DNA of 64,000 bases from Gammaproteobacteria bacterium (GCA_024277915.1 JAJRUG010000044.1:79490-143489), one strand, 5' to 3'; counted from the first letter of the stretch, positions 1-10,080 are shown. Notes: generated by a model not told the origin, from the letters alone. A program made the numbers and translations.

Positions 1-1
1 G

Positions 2-484
2 TTACAATGCCTCGAATTGGCCGAGCTTTCTGTTCTTTTTGCAGTTGAGCGGGTCGAATATTTTTCCGTTCATGGCGATGTAAACACCATTGCCAAGCGT
101 TGATACAGCGCCGACTGCCACGCCTATATTGAACACGGCATCACTGGATTGAAAGCTTGCCGGTTCCATCGCGCCTGTGAGAACAACACATTTATCCGGT
201 ATTTCCTGCAGGCATCGGGCAGTATCGATCATGGTGTCAGTGCCGTGTGTGATGAGGATGCGACTGCAGGGTTCTTTTTTCAGGCATTCAAGAATTTTTT
301 GCCTGTCCTGATCATCCAGATCAAGACTATCCTTTTGCAGTATTGACTCGATTTTGTAGTCGAAAGCGGTAGGCAGCCCGTCCAGAATGTTACGAACACT
401 GGGCGAGCCTACCTGGTATTCGCTGAGTTGATCGAAATAGAGCTTATCTATCGTTCCGCCGACCGAGAATATCTTGATGTCCAT
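2..484 (-). CDS. short asparaginase/glutaminase-family protein (single domain)
   Basis: ORF 2..535. Best start is the ATG at 484 (MDIKIFSVGGTIDK). It has GGTID and HGTDTM motifs typical of the asparaginase N-terminal domain, in a protein of only ~160 aa. Confidence 0.7.
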   Translation of the reverse strand: MDIKIFSVGGTIDKLYFDQLSEYQVGSPSVRNILDGLPTAFDYKIESILQKDSLDLDDQDRQKILECLKKEPCSRILITHGTDTMIDTARCLQEIPDKCVVLTGAMEPASFQSSDAVFNIGVAVGAVSTLGNGVYIAMNGKIFDPLNCKKNRKLGQFEAL

Positions 485-700
485 TGGTAGTTGCCGTGAC
501 TGGTGAGAACGCTGCATTCCAGCGGGAGAATACACTATTAGCGAGATTTCTCCTGGCGCTGGAACCGCTGACTCCCTTGTGATTCTTCATGGTTAGCTCG
601 ATCAGTCCACGAGGCGGACACAGGAATTGATAATTTTCACGGATTTTGGCATCTTTAGCAGCTCAGGACATATTGTGTCGCACTTCAGCAATATTATTCT

Positions 701-1159
701 ATGGATGAGAAAGATCGAAAAATTCTGCAGTTGCTGCAAAATAATGCAATGTACACCGCAAGCGAGATCGCAGAGCAGGTCGGGCTGACGACGACACCTT
801 GTTGGCGACGTATTCAGCGGCTCGACCGTGACGGGTTTATTCGCTCCAGGGTTGCCTTGCTGGATCGGGACAAAATGAATGTTGGCGTGTCGGTTTTTGT
901 ATCGGTGCGCACCAACCGGCATTCGAAGGAATGGCTCGAGAACTTCCGTCTGGCGATTGCCAAGATACCTGAAATTGTAGAGGCGCATCGACTCAGCGGC
1001 AGTATTGATTACCTGCTTCGTGTCGTTGTGCCGAGCATCGAGGGTTTCGACTCCGTATACAAACGGATGATCGAAGTGGTCGAATTTTCGGATATCAGTT
1101 CCAGTTTCTCGATGGAGGAGCTGAAGTTCACGACAGCGATACCGGTAGAGCATGCCTGA
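701..1159 (+). CDS. Lrp/AsnC-family transcriptional regulator
   Basis: 152 aa with an N-terminal HTH (DRKILQLLQNNAMYTASEIAEQVGLTTTPCWRRIQRL) and a C-terminal AsnC-type ligand domain. It is divergent from the asparaginase-like gene. Confidence 0.9.
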   Translation: MDEKDRKILQLLQNNAMYTASEIAEQVGLTTTPCWRRIQRLDRDGFIRSRVALLDRDKMNVGVSVFVSVRTNRHSKEWLENFRLAIAKIPEIVEAHRLSGSIDYLLRVVVPSIEGFDSVYKRMIEVVEFSDISSSFSMEELKFTTAIPVEHA

Positions 1160-1197
1160 GCATTGGCTCGCCCGAAATTACGGCGGTAAGTTGAATC

Positions 1198-1467
1198 ATG
1201 GATAAAGAGCAGCTGCAGAAGACGCTCGAAGAGCTTCACGAAGAGCTCAGCACGATCGACTCCATCGATGGCAGTTCCCGTGCACTGCTGGACCAGCTCA
1301 TGGTTGATATTCAGAGCGTGATCAGCAAGAACAAACCGGAAGCAGAAGAGCAGGCATACGCAACCGCCCAGCTGGAAGCGGCGGCGGTTAAATTCAAATC
1401 AGAACATCCCAAGCTGGCGATGACGCTGAGTGAGGTGGTAGATACACTCGGCAAGCTGGGGATATAG
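1198..1467 (+). CDS. small helical protein, DUF4404-like
   Basis: 89 aa. The pattern LEELHEEL...LLDQLMVDIQ...FKSEHPKLAMTLSEVVDTLGKLGI matches my recollection of the DUF4404 family layout. Confidence 0.6.
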   Translation: MDKEQLQKTLEELHEELSTIDSIDGSSRALLDQLMVDIQSVISKNKPEAEEQAYATAQLEAAAVKFKSEHPKLAMTLSEVVDTLGKLGI

Positions 1468-1480
1468 GGAACCTCTGGTT

Positions 1481-2392
1481 TTAGCTATCGTCGGCGAAGC
1501 GCACTATATGCCGGGCAATTTCGACCGGCTGATCTTCGATAACATAGAATGAAGCATGTTCCAGCAAGCTGTGTGCCTGATGCTGTGCCCCAGGCAAATG
1601 CTTCTGAAGGAGTTCCGGGCCCATCGCCGACCCGGCGAAGCTCTTGGTAAACAGGGTTAGTACCGGTTTTTTCCAGTTCGCGAGTTTTTTCCACGCAGCC
1701 TGATTGGCTTGCGCTGCGGGGCTGTCCGGGCCGAAGGGCAGAATCATGGGGAAACGCCGTGGCGCGGCTTTGAAGGATTCATCCGGGTATGGTGCATCGA
1801 ACGCAGCGATGATGTCAGGCGCCAGTTTGTTCATCACACCTTCATTCACCATTTCACCCTGCGGAAACCTGGGCAGTGCCAACTGTTGCTCCCGCCATTT
1901 GATAAACCATTCAGCACCGTCAGAGTCACCTTTGGGCAATTGGGTATTGGTCAGCACGATACGACCAAAAAAATCCGGGTGCTCAGCTGCGATTCGCAAT
2001 CCGAAATAGCCGCCCCAGTCGAACATGTAGGCGATGACACCCTGGATCTTCATGCTGCTCAGAAATGCCACCAGCCAGTCGATATGGTTCTGGAAAGAGT
2101 AGTCATCAGTATTCGGGAGTTTATCGGAACGCCCGAAACCGATGTAGTCGGGTGCAATCACCCGGTAGCCGGCAGTGACCAGCTCGGGGATCATGTTGCG
2201 GAAAATATATGACCAGCACCCCTGACCATGCAGTAACAGAATGATTTTCCCCTCCGGGTTCCCCTCATCCAGATAGTGCATGCGAAGTTTTTTGAATCGC
2301 AGGTCCGGAATGTCAATGTAATGAGGTTGAAAATCGTACTCTGGCAGATCCCGGAAACACTCGTCTGGAGTGCGTTTAATATTCATCGTCAT
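1481..2392 (-). CDS. haloalkane dehalogenase-like alpha/beta hydrolase (HLD-I type)
   Basis: ORF 1481..2530. Probable start is MTMNIKRTPDECF at 2392, because the upstream 46 codons overlap the preceding ORF. It has the HGQGCWSYIFRNMIP motif and a nucleophile elbow FDWGGYFG. Confidence 0.8.
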   Translation of the reverse strand: MTMNIKRTPDECFRDLPEYDFQPHYIDIPDLRFKKLRMHYLDEGNPEGKIILLLHGQGCWSYIFRNMIPELVTAGYRVIAPDYIGFGRSDKLPNTDDYSFQNHIDWLVAFLSSMKIQGVIAYMFDWGGYFGLRIAAEHPDFFGRIVLTNTQLPKGDSDGAEWFIKWREQQLALPRFPQGEMVNEGVMNKLAPDIIAAFDAPYPDESFKAAPRRFPMILPFGPDSPAAQANQAAWKKLANWKKPVLTLFTKSFAGSAMGPELLQKHLPGAQHQAHSLLEHASFYVIEDQPVEIARHIVRFADDS

Positions 2393-2936
2393 TGCCTGGG
2401 TCGGCTGCTTTGCCTTGCTGTCCGGGAGTCGAAGTGGTGCAACTCCAGTCGCTGGCATCGCAAATGATTGTCGATCTGACGGGCTGCCGTTGGCCGGAGG
2501 GTCGCAGGGTGACATTCCATACTGACCCATCGTGGCCGGTCGTTTTCACCGGTTTTCCCTTGATGACTTTCCCCTTGTTAATGGAGATTATGCCCCGGTA
2601 CTCTTTATCCCCGCAGCTGGAATCAAGATCATATGTCCAGCCGCCGATGTTCATCGCGGAAATATTTCTGCTTCCGTCGTTGCACTCTTCGATTGTTGCA
2701 ACCACATCCATTGCATAGGCATCTTCGGGAAAATCATAATCAGTTCCGAGACGATCAAAAAGTCTGTATAGCCGCAGATTCAGGCTTGATTCCGAAGCAG
2801 GTTCGGGCTTATCACTCCGGGGATTGAGTTCGGGGTCGGAGGTTGGCGCCTCCGGGTTTGCTGACAGGCGCATGCAAAGGAGCAGTGCCGGTACAAAGAT
2901 CAGCAATATTCGGGGTTTGATCATGCCAGGCAGCAT
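2376..2936 (-). CDS. secreted hypothetical protein
   Basis: 186 aa with an N-terminal signal peptide (MIKPRILLIFVPALLLCMRLSA). I recognised no family. Its stop overlaps the dehalogenase start by ~17 nt, which suggests an operon. Confidence 0.5.
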   Translation of the reverse strand: MLPGMIKPRILLIFVPALLLCMRLSANPEAPTSDPELNPRSDKPEPASESSLNLRLYRLFDRLGTDYDFPEDAYAMDVVATIEECNDGSRNISAMNIGGWTYDLDSSCGDKEYRGIISINKGKVIKGKPVKTTGHDGSVWNVTLRPSGQRQPVRSTIICDASDWSCTTSTPGQQGKAADPGNDDEY

Positions 2937-2954
2937 AGCATGCTGCCTTGGTGC

Positions 2955-3704
2955 CTACCGGGTGTAAGGGTTCATGCACATCGCGACTTCAGCTAACCCC
3001 TTGGTATCCAGAATAATGATGTTCTTTCTGTCGGCATCCAGCAGCCCGTTGTTCTCGAATCGAGCTAATACACGGCTCACGGTTTCTGTAGCCATTCGCA
3101 TATAGTTGGCGATATCTTGCCGGGACATGGCGAGATGCAGTGTGGCAGCTGACTGTCCATGGGTGCGCAATCTGCCTGACACCATAACCAGGAATGCTGC
3201 CATGCGTTCTTCGGCAGAGAAGTCCCCGGCAATGGTTGTTACATAGAACACTTCGCGGCTGAACAAACGTAATAACTGATAGTGAAGTTCCGGCATTTCG
3301 AATGAAAGTTCCATGATCGATTGATACGGTAGCTGACAAACGGAACTGTTTTCCAATGCGGTGGTATTTGCTGAATGCGCCTCCTGATAAACAGCATCAA
3401 CGCCAATCAACTCACCGGGAAAATGAAAATTAAGGACATGCTCACGACCTTCCTGATCGATTGTGTAGCTCTTGAAGCATCCGCTGTGTATAGCGTAGAG
3501 CGAATGAAAGGCATCCCCTGTTCGGAACAAGTGTTCGCCCAGCTCGAGAGGTTTTGATCGCGTGACTTTGTTTTCGAACTCCAGCGTCTGGTTTTCGGTC
3601 AGCTCGGCTGGAAGGCATCGTCTTCCCAGCACGCAACAACTACAGCGACGCTTCGCTCTGGTAACGCTATTGCTGGCGCCGTTGTTGGTTTTACTGTCGC
3701 GCAA
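2955..3704 (-). CDS. fnr: FNR/ANR-type oxygen-sensing Crp-family regulator
   Basis: 249 aa with a TTG start in the track. The N-terminal Cys cluster RRCSCCVLGRRC (C-x2-C-x5-C spacing) plus a central Cys (SSVCQLPY) match the FNR 4Fe-4S ligands. A cNMP-like domain and a C-terminal HTH (RQDIANYMRMATETVSRVL) are present. Confidence 0.85.
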   Translation of the reverse strand: MRDSKTNNGASNSVTRAKRRCSCCVLGRRCLPAELTENQTLEFENKVTRSKPLELGEHLFRTGDAFHSLYAIHSGCFKSYTIDQEGREHVLNFHFPGELIGVDAVYQEAHSANTTALENSSVCQLPYQSIMELSFEMPELHYQLLRLFSREVFYVTTIAGDFSAEERMAAFLVMVSGRLRTHGQSAATLHLAMSRQDIANYMRMATETVSRVLARFENNGLLDADRKNIIILDTKGLAEVAMCMNPYTR

Positions 3705-3828
3705 AGGTGTGTCTGATCGGGATCCGTGACTGTGCTAGTCTCTTGAGGAAGTATAGCCAATATCGGAGGCTTGCAACATAGGTGAATGCCCCTATCGTAC
3801 GGACCAAATGCTGCTGCCGGATTTATTT

Positions 3829-4773
3829 TCAGGATTCATGGTCTTGCAAAAACACCAGTGCATCCTGTGCAGTGTCATCCGGCGCTTCCTGGAGCACAAG
3901 TTTGCCAATTTCAGGGTAAATGATCAGGCCAACATTCGTTTCTTCCTGGAATAACTCAACGAAACTGCTTGCTGTATCAATAGATTCAACGGTTTTTTTT
4001 CCGCCCCAGATAACAAGTGTCGGAGTGGTGATCCGGGCAATGGCTTTTGCAGTTTCAGATGTGTCATGTTGCCGCAGCAGCTCGCTCATCGCAGCGCGCT
4101 GCCCATCTCTCAGCCACAGGTCATGCCACCGGCTGATTAGCGCCGGGGAGACGTTTTCGGGGTTGCCAAAACCAAGTCGCAGGACGTATTCAGTCAGTCT
4201 TCGCGGTGTGATCAGGCGGAGCAATCTCGATGCCCATATAAATGCAACTGTATCCTGGTTGTGGCTTTTAGCCGGCAGCTCGGGGTTCACGAGGATTAAT
4301 TTTATAATGCGATCAGGGTGTTTGGCAGCGTAGTGAATAGCAATGGTGGCGCCCATTGATGTGGCCGCAATAGAGAATTTTTCAAGTTGCTGAGCATCAG
4401 CAAATCTCTCCAGCAGATCTACCGAGCGTTCGACACTGTAATCACCGGTCGCATCGGGGCCGGTCAACCCGTGCCCGGTCATGTCAAATCGAAGTAATCG
4501 GTACGAATCCTGCAGCTGTTGAACCCACGAATTCCACGCAAACAGACTGGCGAATTCTCCGTGTATCAAGACCACAGGCTCCCCATCGCCCTGATCCTGA
4601 AAATGCATTCGCACCCGGTCGACGTTGATAAACAAGGAGGCGGGAGCGGCATATCTGGCTTCCAGCACCTCGGCAGGAATATCGCGGTAGACCCATGCAG
4701 CGATCAAGAAAGCTGCAGCGATCAGGCCGGCCAGACCGACAGTGACATATATGGCCTGGCGTAACCGGGGCAC
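3829..4773 (-). CDS. membrane-anchored alpha/beta-fold hydrolase
   Basis: 314 aa with an N-terminal TM helix (VTVGLAGLIAAAFLIAAWV), an HG oxyanion motif (VLIHGEFAS) and a nucleophile elbow ATSMGA. Confidence 0.8.
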   Translation of the reverse strand: MPRLRQAIYVTVGLAGLIAAAFLIAAWVYRDIPAEVLEARYAAPASLFINVDRVRMHFQDQGDGEPVVLIHGEFASLFAWNSWVQQLQDSYRLLRFDMTGHGLTGPDATGDYSVERSVDLLERFADAQQLEKFSIAATSMGATIAIHYAAKHPDRIIKLILVNPELPAKSHNQDTVAFIWASRLLRLITPRRLTEYVLRLGFGNPENVSPALISRWHDLWLRDGQRAAMSELLRQHDTSETAKAIARITTPTLVIWGGKKTVESIDTASSFVELFQEETNVGLIIYPEIGKLVLQEAPDDTAQDALVFLQDHES

Positions 4774-4883
4774 TAGTTTTTGTGCGCTCGTGCAGCAATT
4801 AATGGGCTGATTGACATACGAGTCAATGATAAGCTATCGCAATGGGGATAAGCTATGCCAATGGGATTCAGGAGGTCTGAATT

Positions 4884-6059
4884 ATGAATACCGATATCAT
4901 TATTATTGGGGCTGGTCCAGCCGGTTTGAGCTTTGCGCGCTCCCTGGCAGGTACCGGGTTGAAGGCAGTTGTAGTTGAAAAATTTTCTGCGGAAGTGTTG
5001 GCGAATCCACCGATAGACGGCCGTGATATCGCCCTGACACATCTCTCCAAGGGAATTATGGAGCGACTTGGCGTTTGGAGCCGGATTCCGGAAGAAGAAA
5101 TATCATTGATCAGGGAAGCGAAAGTCCTGAACGGTGATTCCCCCTATGCGCTTCACTTCGATCATCAGAAAGTCAGTGATGATGCTTTGGGATACCTGAT
5201 CCCAAACTATCTTATCCGCAAGGCTGTATATGAAGAGGTGGTCACCCTGCCTGATGTTGATCTGATCACGGAAGTAACGGCAGATACGGTGCGCACAGAT
5301 GCAGGAATGGCAACGGTGACGCTGTCGGATGGGCAGACGATTACATCGAAATTGCTGGTAGCAGCCGATAGCCGGTTTTCCCAGAGTCGCAGGGCGATGG
5401 GAATATCAGCTTCAATGCTCGATTTCGGGCGAGTCGTGATTGTTTGTCGAATGGAGCATGAGCGTGATCACAACGGAATTGCTCATGAATGTTTCAACTA
5501 TGGTGAAACACTGGCTGTTTTACCGTTGTCCGGCAACTGCTCTTCAATTGTCATTACTTTGCCGACGAGCCATTCAGACGAGATTCTGAACATGGATCCG
5601 GAATGTTTCAATGCGCGGGTTCAAAGTAATTTCGGTAATCGACTGGGGCAGATGAAGCTGGTTGGAGAACGATACCCCTATCCATTGGTAGCGGTGCATG
5701 CGAACAAGTTTGTAGCCACACGATTCGCCCTGATTGGCGATGCGGCTGTTGGTATGCATCCAGTGACTGCTCATGGCTTTAATCTCGGGCTCCGCGGGCA
5801 AGATACGCTGACGACTGAAATCCGCACAGCGCTGGCACGCGGGCGAGATATTGGATCCAGCAGTTTGCTGGAGCGCTACCAGGTGAAACATCGCAGGGTT
5901 ACACGACCTTTGTATGCGGGTACCAACGCGTTGGTTCGGTTGTATACAGATGACCGGCCGCTGCACAAAGTCATCAGAAAAGCAGTGTTGCGATTTGGCG
6001 GCGCTCTTCCGCCGGTCAAACGGGCAATCGTGAATCAGCTGACAGAGATTCAGAACTAG
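4884..6059 (+). CDS. FAD-dependent ubiquinone-biosynthesis hydroxylase (UbiH/UbiF/UbiM/COQ6 family)
   Basis: 391 aa with an N-terminal GxGxxG (IIIIGAGPAGLS) and a conserved LIGDAAVGMHPVTAHGFNLG motif. Confidence 0.85.
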   Translation: MNTDIIIIGAGPAGLSFARSLAGTGLKAVVVEKFSAEVLANPPIDGRDIALTHLSKGIMERLGVWSRIPEEEISLIREAKVLNGDSPYALHFDHQKVSDDALGYLIPNYLIRKAVYEEVVTLPDVDLITEVTADTVRTDAGMATVTLSDGQTITSKLLVAADSRFSQSRRAMGISASMLDFGRVVIVCRMEHERDHNGIAHECFNYGETLAVLPLSGNCSSIVITLPTSHSDEILNMDPECFNARVQSNFGNRLGQMKLVGERYPYPLVAVHANKFVATRFALIGDAAVGMHPVTAHGFNLGLRGQDTLTTEIRTALARGRDIGSSSLLERYQVKHRRVTRPLYAGTNALVRLYTDDRPLHKVIRKAVLRFGGALPPVKRAIVNQLTEIQN

Positions 6060-6083
6060 CAGACCTTGCCGCGGGCATAGAAG

Positions 6084-6113
6084 TTGCCGGTGCAGGTTTT
6101 GCCGGTGCAGGTT
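6084..6113. repeat. perfect 15-bp tandem duplication (ttgccggtgcaggtt x2)
   Basis: Read directly at 6084-6098 and 6099-6113, in the intergenic region upstream of htpX. Confidence 0.9.
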
Positions 6114-6184
6114 CTGTTCAGAGCAGACAACCGCGCGCAAGTTGTGCATATACAGTCATTTGTTCACTGAGAGAGTTTTTCAGA

Positions 6185-7078
6185 ATGAGAATTTTGCTTT
6201 TTGTTGCGACGAATGCCGCAATACTGGTAGTCATCAGTATTGTATTTCGGGTGTTCGGATTTGACGGTATCCTGGCCGAGAACGGCGTCGACCTGAACTT
6301 GCAGGCCTTGCTCCTGATGTCGGCAGTGATCGGTTTCGGTGGTTCCTTTATTTCTCTGGCGATTTCCAAGTGGTCCGTCAAACGATCAATGGGCGTCAAG
6401 CTTATTACCGAGCCGGGCAATGATACCGAACGATGGCTTTTGTCTGTGGTGACCAGGCAGGCACAGGCGGCGGGTATCGGCATGCCGGAGGTCGGAATAT
6501 TTGATTCTCCGCAGCCCAACGCGTTTGCTACCGGAATGAACAAGAATAATGCACTGGTTGCAGTGAGTACCGGGCTGCTCAATGGCATGAGCCGTGATGA
6601 GGTGGAAGCCGTGCTGGGGCATGAGGTCTCTCATGTAGCGAATGGCGACATGGTTACCATGGGCTTGCTCCAGGGTGTGGTGAATACTTTTGTTATTTTC
6701 CTGTCTCGGATTATTGGTTTTGTCGTGGACAGAGTAGTGTTCAAAACGCAGCGAGGAACAGGGCCTGCATATTTTATCGTATCTATAGTTGCCCAGATAT
6801 TCCTGTCCATTATCGCCAGTATGATTGTCGCCTGGTTTTCGCGGCGCAGGGAATTCAGAGCAGATGCCGGCGCTGCCGGTCTGGCAGGCAGGGGAAAAAT
6901 GATTTCCGCACTCAGGCGCCTGAATGCAGATCAGACACCTTCTGCCTTGCCCAGGCAGATCGCTGCATTCGGTATTTCAGGAGGGAAATCGCAGGGGCTG
7001 CGCAGCCTGTTCATGAGCCATCCGCCTATTGAGGATCGGATAGCTGCACTTGAGGCCGCGCCGTTTAATACGGGTTGA
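6185..7078 (+). CDS. htpX: membrane zinc protease HtpX (M48B)
   Basis: 297 aa, colinear with E. coli HtpX along its whole length, including HEVSHVANGDMVTM and REFRADAG. Confidence 0.92.
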   Translation: MRILLFVATNAAILVVISIVFRVFGFDGILAENGVDLNLQALLLMSAVIGFGGSFISLAISKWSVKRSMGVKLITEPGNDTERWLLSVVTRQAQAAGIGMPEVGIFDSPQPNAFATGMNKNNALVAVSTGLLNGMSRDEVEAVLGHEVSHVANGDMVTMGLLQGVVNTFVIFLSRIIGFVVDRVVFKTQRGTGPAYFIVSIVAQIFLSIIASMIVAWFSRRREFRADAGAAGLAGRGKMISALRRLNADQTPSALPRQIAAFGISGGKSQGLRSLFMSHPPIEDRIAALEAAPFNTG

Positions 7079-9133
7079 TTACCAGATTTCTGTACGCTGC
7101 TCGGGCGGTATGTACATGCTGTCACCTTCTTTAACATTAAACGCTTCATAGAAGGTGTCCAGATTGAGCAGCACTCCGGTCACCCGATACTCGGACGGGG
7201 AATGAGAGTCGGTTAGCAGAATTTCCCGGAGACTCGCATCCCGGTATTTTCCGCGCCATCCCTGCGCATAGCCGATAAAAAATCTCTGGTCTCCGGTAAA
7301 GCCATCGATAACAGGCGGCTCTTTACCTTGCAATGAAAGATGATAAGCCCGATATGCCATCTCCAGCCCGGCAAGATCCCCGATATTCTCACCCAGCGTA
7401 AGCTCGCCGTTGATCGCCATATCATCCAGTGGTCTGAATGCGGCGTACTGTTTTATCAACCCCGCTGCCCGCGCCTCGTACTCCCTGCTGTCTTCTTTGG
7501 TCCACCAGTTGTTCAGCCGACCGTCACCGTCAAATTTTCGGCCTTGATCATCAAATCCGTGGCTGAATTCATGCCCGATAACCCCGCCAATAGCGCCATA
7601 GTTCACCGCATCATCAGCCTCGGCATTGAAAAACGGGGGTTGCAGTATTCCGGCGGGAAATACGATTTCATTGAATGTCGGTCGGTAGTAAGCATTGACT
7701 GTCTGTGGCGTCATGCCCCACTCGGAGCGATCAACGGGTACGGTGAGTTTTTCGACTTCACGGGAGTGTTCAAACTGTCGTGACCGGCGCACATTGCCGA
7801 ATAACTCATCTACCCGAACAGTCAGTGCACTGTAGTCTATCCAGTCGTCCGGGTAGCCAATTTTGTAGGAGAACTTTGAGAGCTTGTTCCGGGCTGCCTG
7901 TTTGGTTTCGGAGCTCATCCATTCCAGTCCGTCAATGGCCTGGCCAAATGCTTTTCGCAGCCACGACACCATCTCATCCATGCGCTTTTTTGATTGCTCG
8001 GGAAAATATTTCCTTACATACTCTTTCCCTACAAGCTCGCCTGCGGCGCCATTGACCAGGCGTACGGCATTCTTCCACCGGGGGCGCATTGCCTGCTGGC
8101 CTGTGAGTATTCTGCCCTGGAAGTTAAAATCTTCTTTCACAATCGCGTCATTCAGGTAGCGGGCGTAGCTTTTCAATGCCTTGAAACGAAAGTAGGTACG
8201 CCATTGTTCCAGCGGTACCTTGTGCAGGATGTCTCCCAGCCCTGCAAAGTAGTCTGTCTGGGCGATGATGAATTGATCGGAAACTTCAAAACCTCCGGCG
8301 TCAAGAAAACTTTGCCAATCGAACCCCGGAGAGAGTTCATTGGCAGCAGGGATATCGAATTTGTTGCTGTAGATGGTTTCGCGATCCCTGTTCTGAACCT
8401 GGGTCCAATGCCGCTCAGCAATGCTGTGTTCCAGCGCCACAATATCTTCGGCAGCTTTTGCACCATCGCTCCATCCGGCCAGGTCGAACATATTTTCTAT
8501 ATGAAGCAGATATTCTTCGCGAATCTTTGCCAGCTTCTCGTTGTCATCGAGGTAGTAGTCGCGGTTGGGGAGACCCAGGCCATCCTGCCAGATATAGGCC
8601 AGATTTCGGGTCGGATCCTTTGCATCGGCATCAATGTAGAAGTTGACCGGAGACTGAATGCCAACTGCCAGCGCATATCCGGCGTATTGCACCAGTGATT
8701 CATAGCTGTCAATTGCATCGATCTTTGCGATCTCTTCGTTTAGTGGTGAAATCCCGCGCTCATTGACAAGGCCTTCATTCATAAAACTTTTGTAGAGATC
8801 GCCGATTTTCTGCTGGTCACCGGCAGCATCACCTGATGCATTAGCCGCTTCTTCAATCAACGCTCTGATCCTGATTTCGTTCTGCTCGAAAACCATATGA
8901 GCGACACCATACCGGGACCACTCGGGTGGAATCTCCGTGTTGTCCAGCCAGTTTCCATTGACGTACCGGTAGAAGTCATCCTGTGGTCTGATCTCGGAAG
9001 ATAGTTCACCGGGGTCAAAGCCGAGGCTCGGACCGGTGGTTGTTTGTGACGGTGATGGGATGTTGCTGCACGCGCCTGTCATGATGACAGCGAGGCAGAC
9101 AAACGATCTTGACAAGTAGCTGATAGATTTCAC
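7079..9133 (-). CDS. M13-family zinc metallopeptidase lipoprotein (PepO / endothelin-converting-enzyme-like)
   Basis: ORF 7079..9193 with HEFSHGFDD and NAYY motifs. The likely start is the GTG at 9133, preceded by GGAGG, which gives VKSISYLSRSFVCLAVIMTGAC (lipobox). Its stop codon directly abuts the htpX stop. Confidence 0.85.
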   Translation of the reverse strand: MKSISYLSRSFVCLAVIMTGACSNIPSPSQTTTGPSLGFDPGELSSEIRPQDDFYRYVNGNWLDNTEIPPEWSRYGVAHMVFEQNEIRIRALIEEAANASGDAAGDQQKIGDLYKSFMNEGLVNERGISPLNEEIAKIDAIDSYESLVQYAGYALAVGIQSPVNFYIDADAKDPTRNLAYIWQDGLGLPNRDYYLDDNEKLAKIREEYLLHIENMFDLAGWSDGAKAAEDIVALEHSIAERHWTQVQNRDRETIYSNKFDIPAANELSPGFDWQSFLDAGGFEVSDQFIIAQTDYFAGLGDILHKVPLEQWRTYFRFKALKSYARYLNDAIVKEDFNFQGRILTGQQAMRPRWKNAVRLVNGAAGELVGKEYVRKYFPEQSKKRMDEMVSWLRKAFGQAIDGLEWMSSETKQAARNKLSKFSYKIGYPDDWIDYSALTVRVDELFGNVRRSRQFEHSREVEKLTVPVDRSEWGMTPQTVNAYYRPTFNEIVFPAGILQPPFFNAEADDAVNYGAIGGVIGHEFSHGFDDQGRKFDGDGRLNNWWTKEDSREYEARAAGLIKQYAAFRPLDDMAINGELTLGENIGDLAGLEMAYRAYHLSLQGKEPPVIDGFTGDQRFFIGYAQGWRGKYRDASLREILLTDSHSPSEYRVTGVLLNLDTFYEAFNVKEGDSMYIPPEQRTEIW

Positions 9134-9403
9134 GATGCCTCCGGGGCAGGGCAATAGATCAAGACGAGATATAGTACCTTCGATATGAGGCATGTACTAC
9201 TTTGTGGAACGCCGGCCTTGCCTGCTTGTCAAAGCTGTTAATGAGTACGGATCGAAGTGTCTCGTTCCGAAGCTGCTGCTCTATCGGATTGATACTGGAT
9301 ACCGCTCCCTGACTATTGCATAGACAGCGGGCATCCCATTTCTTGCGTCAACCTGCCGGGCAGGGCATGATTTCGCATTCGACGAGGATCAAATAATTAT
9401 AAA

Positions 9404-9982
9404 ATGATAGATTCACGAAAAGAGATTGCCAGAGAGCGCCGCCGGCAGATCCAGATTCGCAAGGCATTTGAAGCAGCACTTGAGCTTAATGACGAACAAC
9501 GCACCGGGCTGACAGCATTTTTTATCGGCTGCGGCGAGTATCTTGTCTACTCCATGGACAGACTGCATGCTCAGGATCAAATCATTCATGATCTTCTGGC
9601 AGCATCCGTTCCGGTAGAGGATACAGAGGCTCATGAAGGTCTGGCAGCGTTAAATGCCAGGCAGGATGCGAGCCGGATTGTGGTGGATGCTTTTCGCAGA
9701 GCCGTTGAGGAGTTGAAAATATCCGGTGCTGATGGCCGGGCCGCGTTTGAACAGGCTGCCAGAGAGTTTGCGGATGCGTTTAATAGCATGATGGCGCCAC
9801 GCCGGAACCCTTTTTACAAATACACCGATAGCCTGTTTGTTGATGAAGATTGGGTGCGGATAGCAGATGTATCAAAGGAGTACCACTCGACCGAAGGCCG
9901 GTTGTTTTTGGGTGTGAAGGAGACCGCGCCGGACGGAATTGACCCGGAGCAGTATGTAGTTGAGCACCCTCCCGGGGGATGA
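9404..9982 (+). CDS. hypothetical protein
   Basis: 192-aa ORF with an ATG start in an AT-rich leader. It looks helical and soluble. I recognised no family. Confidence 0.5.
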   Translation: MIDSRKEIARERRRQIQIRKAFEAALELNDEQRTGLTAFFIGCGEYLVYSMDRLHAQDQIIHDLLAASVPVEDTEAHEGLAALNARQDASRIVVDAFRRAVEELKISGADGRAAFEQAAREFADAFNSMMAPRRNPFYKYTDSLFVDEDWVRIADVSKEYHSTEGRLFLGVKETAPDGIDPEQYVVEHPPGG

Positions 9983-10080
9983 TGGTCATATGACCGGAGC
10001 ATTCCTTGATGGCAAAGATAGTTTTAAAGAGTATTTTTTTCGACAGTATTCCTGAATATGAACGTAGTGAGGATAGATTG

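Noticed and set aside
7994-8698. Long antisense ORFs inside conserved genes (7994-8698, 5574-6149, 38753-39301, 40009-40728, 34649-35206, 58634-59182, 41562-42002)
   Set aside because: Each lies fully within a confidently identified gene on the other strand, and none has a supporting start context or motif.
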